Assembly (NCBI RefSeq): GCF_000315625.1
Contig: NW_005434656.1
Coordinates: 631,636-695,635, forward strand
Source of the DNA: Guillardia theta CCMP2712
Taxonomy: Eukaryota > Protista > Cryptophyta
Direction: 5' to 3'
Length of the DNA: 64,000 bases
The notes under the pieces were generated by a model, which ran no database searches, was not told the origin of the DNA, and worked only from the letters and a program-made list of their open reading frames with translations. A program made the position numbers and the translations under genes. The first letter of the stretch is position 1. Each line of letters opens with the position of its first letter. Positions 62,924-64,000 of the stretch are shown here, piece by piece.

Positions 62924-63649
62924 ATGAGACCTGCTAGCGTCTTGACTCTGCTTCTCGGTTTCCTGGCAACAGCCACCTCGTTTACTCTTCCCGGCTTTAC
63001 GCCATTACAGTATAGCAAGCCCTTTCCTTCATGCTTGACTGACAGACAGACGGTGAGGCCAGATAGACCAGCATTGTCCGCCTTGAGCATGGTGTTCCGA
63101 AGAAAGCCAGCAGGAAGAGGACAAGGCTATGCTGATGACAAACGATCGGGTCGTTTGGGCAAGATTGTTCTTACCGAGCTCGTTCAGATCCTGCGCAACC
63201 CTTTCTGCATCAAGGTGGCAGGAGGTGATGTTGACCTTGACATCGTGTCCATGGTCTCGGTGGTGGAAGTTGAGATGATGGGCGACAACACGATAGCAAA
63301 GGTGTTGGTGTCTACGATGGGAACGGATGCGGAGAAGAGGCAGGCGGTTAAGTGGCTGAATCAGAACAGCAAGGCGTTGAGGTTCTCACTCGCTCAGAGG
63401 ATGAAGCACCACAAGAAAGTTCCCGAGCTCCGCTTCACTGCTGCAGCTCTCCCTGAGGCGATGTCGGTGATGTCGTTGCTCGATCAGATCCGCGAGGAGC
63501 GCGAGGCGAAGGAGGCGATGAGCAACCAGATGACTGCAGAGGATGAGGCAGTGATGGAGGTCTCAAAGGGGATGGAACGAGAGCTGCAGGGCATGGAGTC
63601 CGAGGATGACAAGGCGCTGTTCGCTGGTAGCCACTCTGTGTCGAACTGA
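62924..63649 (+). CDS. rbfA: Plastid-targeted ribosome-binding factor A
   Basis: RSGRLGKIVLTEL...VSVVEVEMMGDNTIAKVLVS...LRFSLAQRMKHHKKVPELRF; leader MRPASVLTLLLGFLATATS-F plus S/T/R-rich transit peptide. Confidence 0.9.
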   Translation: MRPASVLTLLLGFLATATSFTLPGFTPLQYSKPFPSCLTDRQTVRPDRPALSALSMVFRRKPAGRGQGYADDKRSGRLGKIVLTELVQILRNPFCIKVAGGDVDLDIVSMVSVVEVEMMGDNTIAKVLVSTMGTDAEKRQAVKWLNQNSKALRFSLAQRMKHHKKVPELRFTAAALPEAMSVMSLLDQIREEREAKEAMSNQMTAEDEAVMEVSKGMERELQGMESEDDKALFAGSHSVSN

Positions 63650-64000
63650 AGGCAAGCCCTAATTTGTAGCTTAAATCTTGTAGATATGAGTAAATTGAGT
63701 GGAATGAACGAGACGGGAAGGGTATAGGCGAGCAGTCACGATTGTTTGCAGACAACCTTCAATTCTGATTCTCTGCATGCTCTGCACACAGCTCGCGCTC
63801 GATACCATTAGAAGATTTCCACAAAACGGGGACTCTCAGGATCTCTTTCCTCCTCTGAAAGGTCCAGCTGAGGCATTCCCTGTCATGAGTGTTATCGACT
63901 CTCCTTCAACCTCCCTCCCTCCTCCCTCCCTTCCTCCTTCCTCGTTTCCCTTCCCTTCCCTCCCTCCCTCCCTCCTCCTCCTCCCTCCTCCTCCTCCTCT

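Overview
Gene-dense eukaryotic nuclear DNA with many short (~45-80 nt) spliceosomal introns. Intron style, expanded RWP-RK/GT41 families and a bipartite signal+Phe plastid leader on RbfA point to an alga with a complex red plastid, most likely a cryptophyte such as Guillardia theta (inference). About 24 protein genes can be reconstructed by hand, mostly as alternating head-to-head/tail-to-tail pairs: a PHTF homolog, a two-domain PDI, HIRA, an ankyrin protein, a SPIDR-like OB-fold protein, an SLC25 carrier, a serine carboxypeptidase, a DUF1664 protein, TRAPPC2L, a FAAP24-like protein, a LIN54/TSO1 CXC protein, a PSTAIRE CDK, a signal-peptide GT41, a PRL phosphatase, a cNMP-binding protein, a COQ11-like SDR, two small RWP-RK factors, a MORN protein, an SLT-type sulfate transporter and plastid RbfA. 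Most notable: divergent homologs of proteins mostly studied in animals (PHTF, SPIDR, FAAP24) that are hidden by splicing or divergence; a local concentration of chromatin/DNA-repair/cell-cycle genes; an RWP-RK pair sharing an unexplained C-terminal EWxxWY motif; a nested-palindrome MITE-like element; and two recurring classes of intergenic island. No rRNA, tRNA or CRISPR seen. Gene boundaries come from manual splicing and homology calls from remembered family motifs, not from searches.
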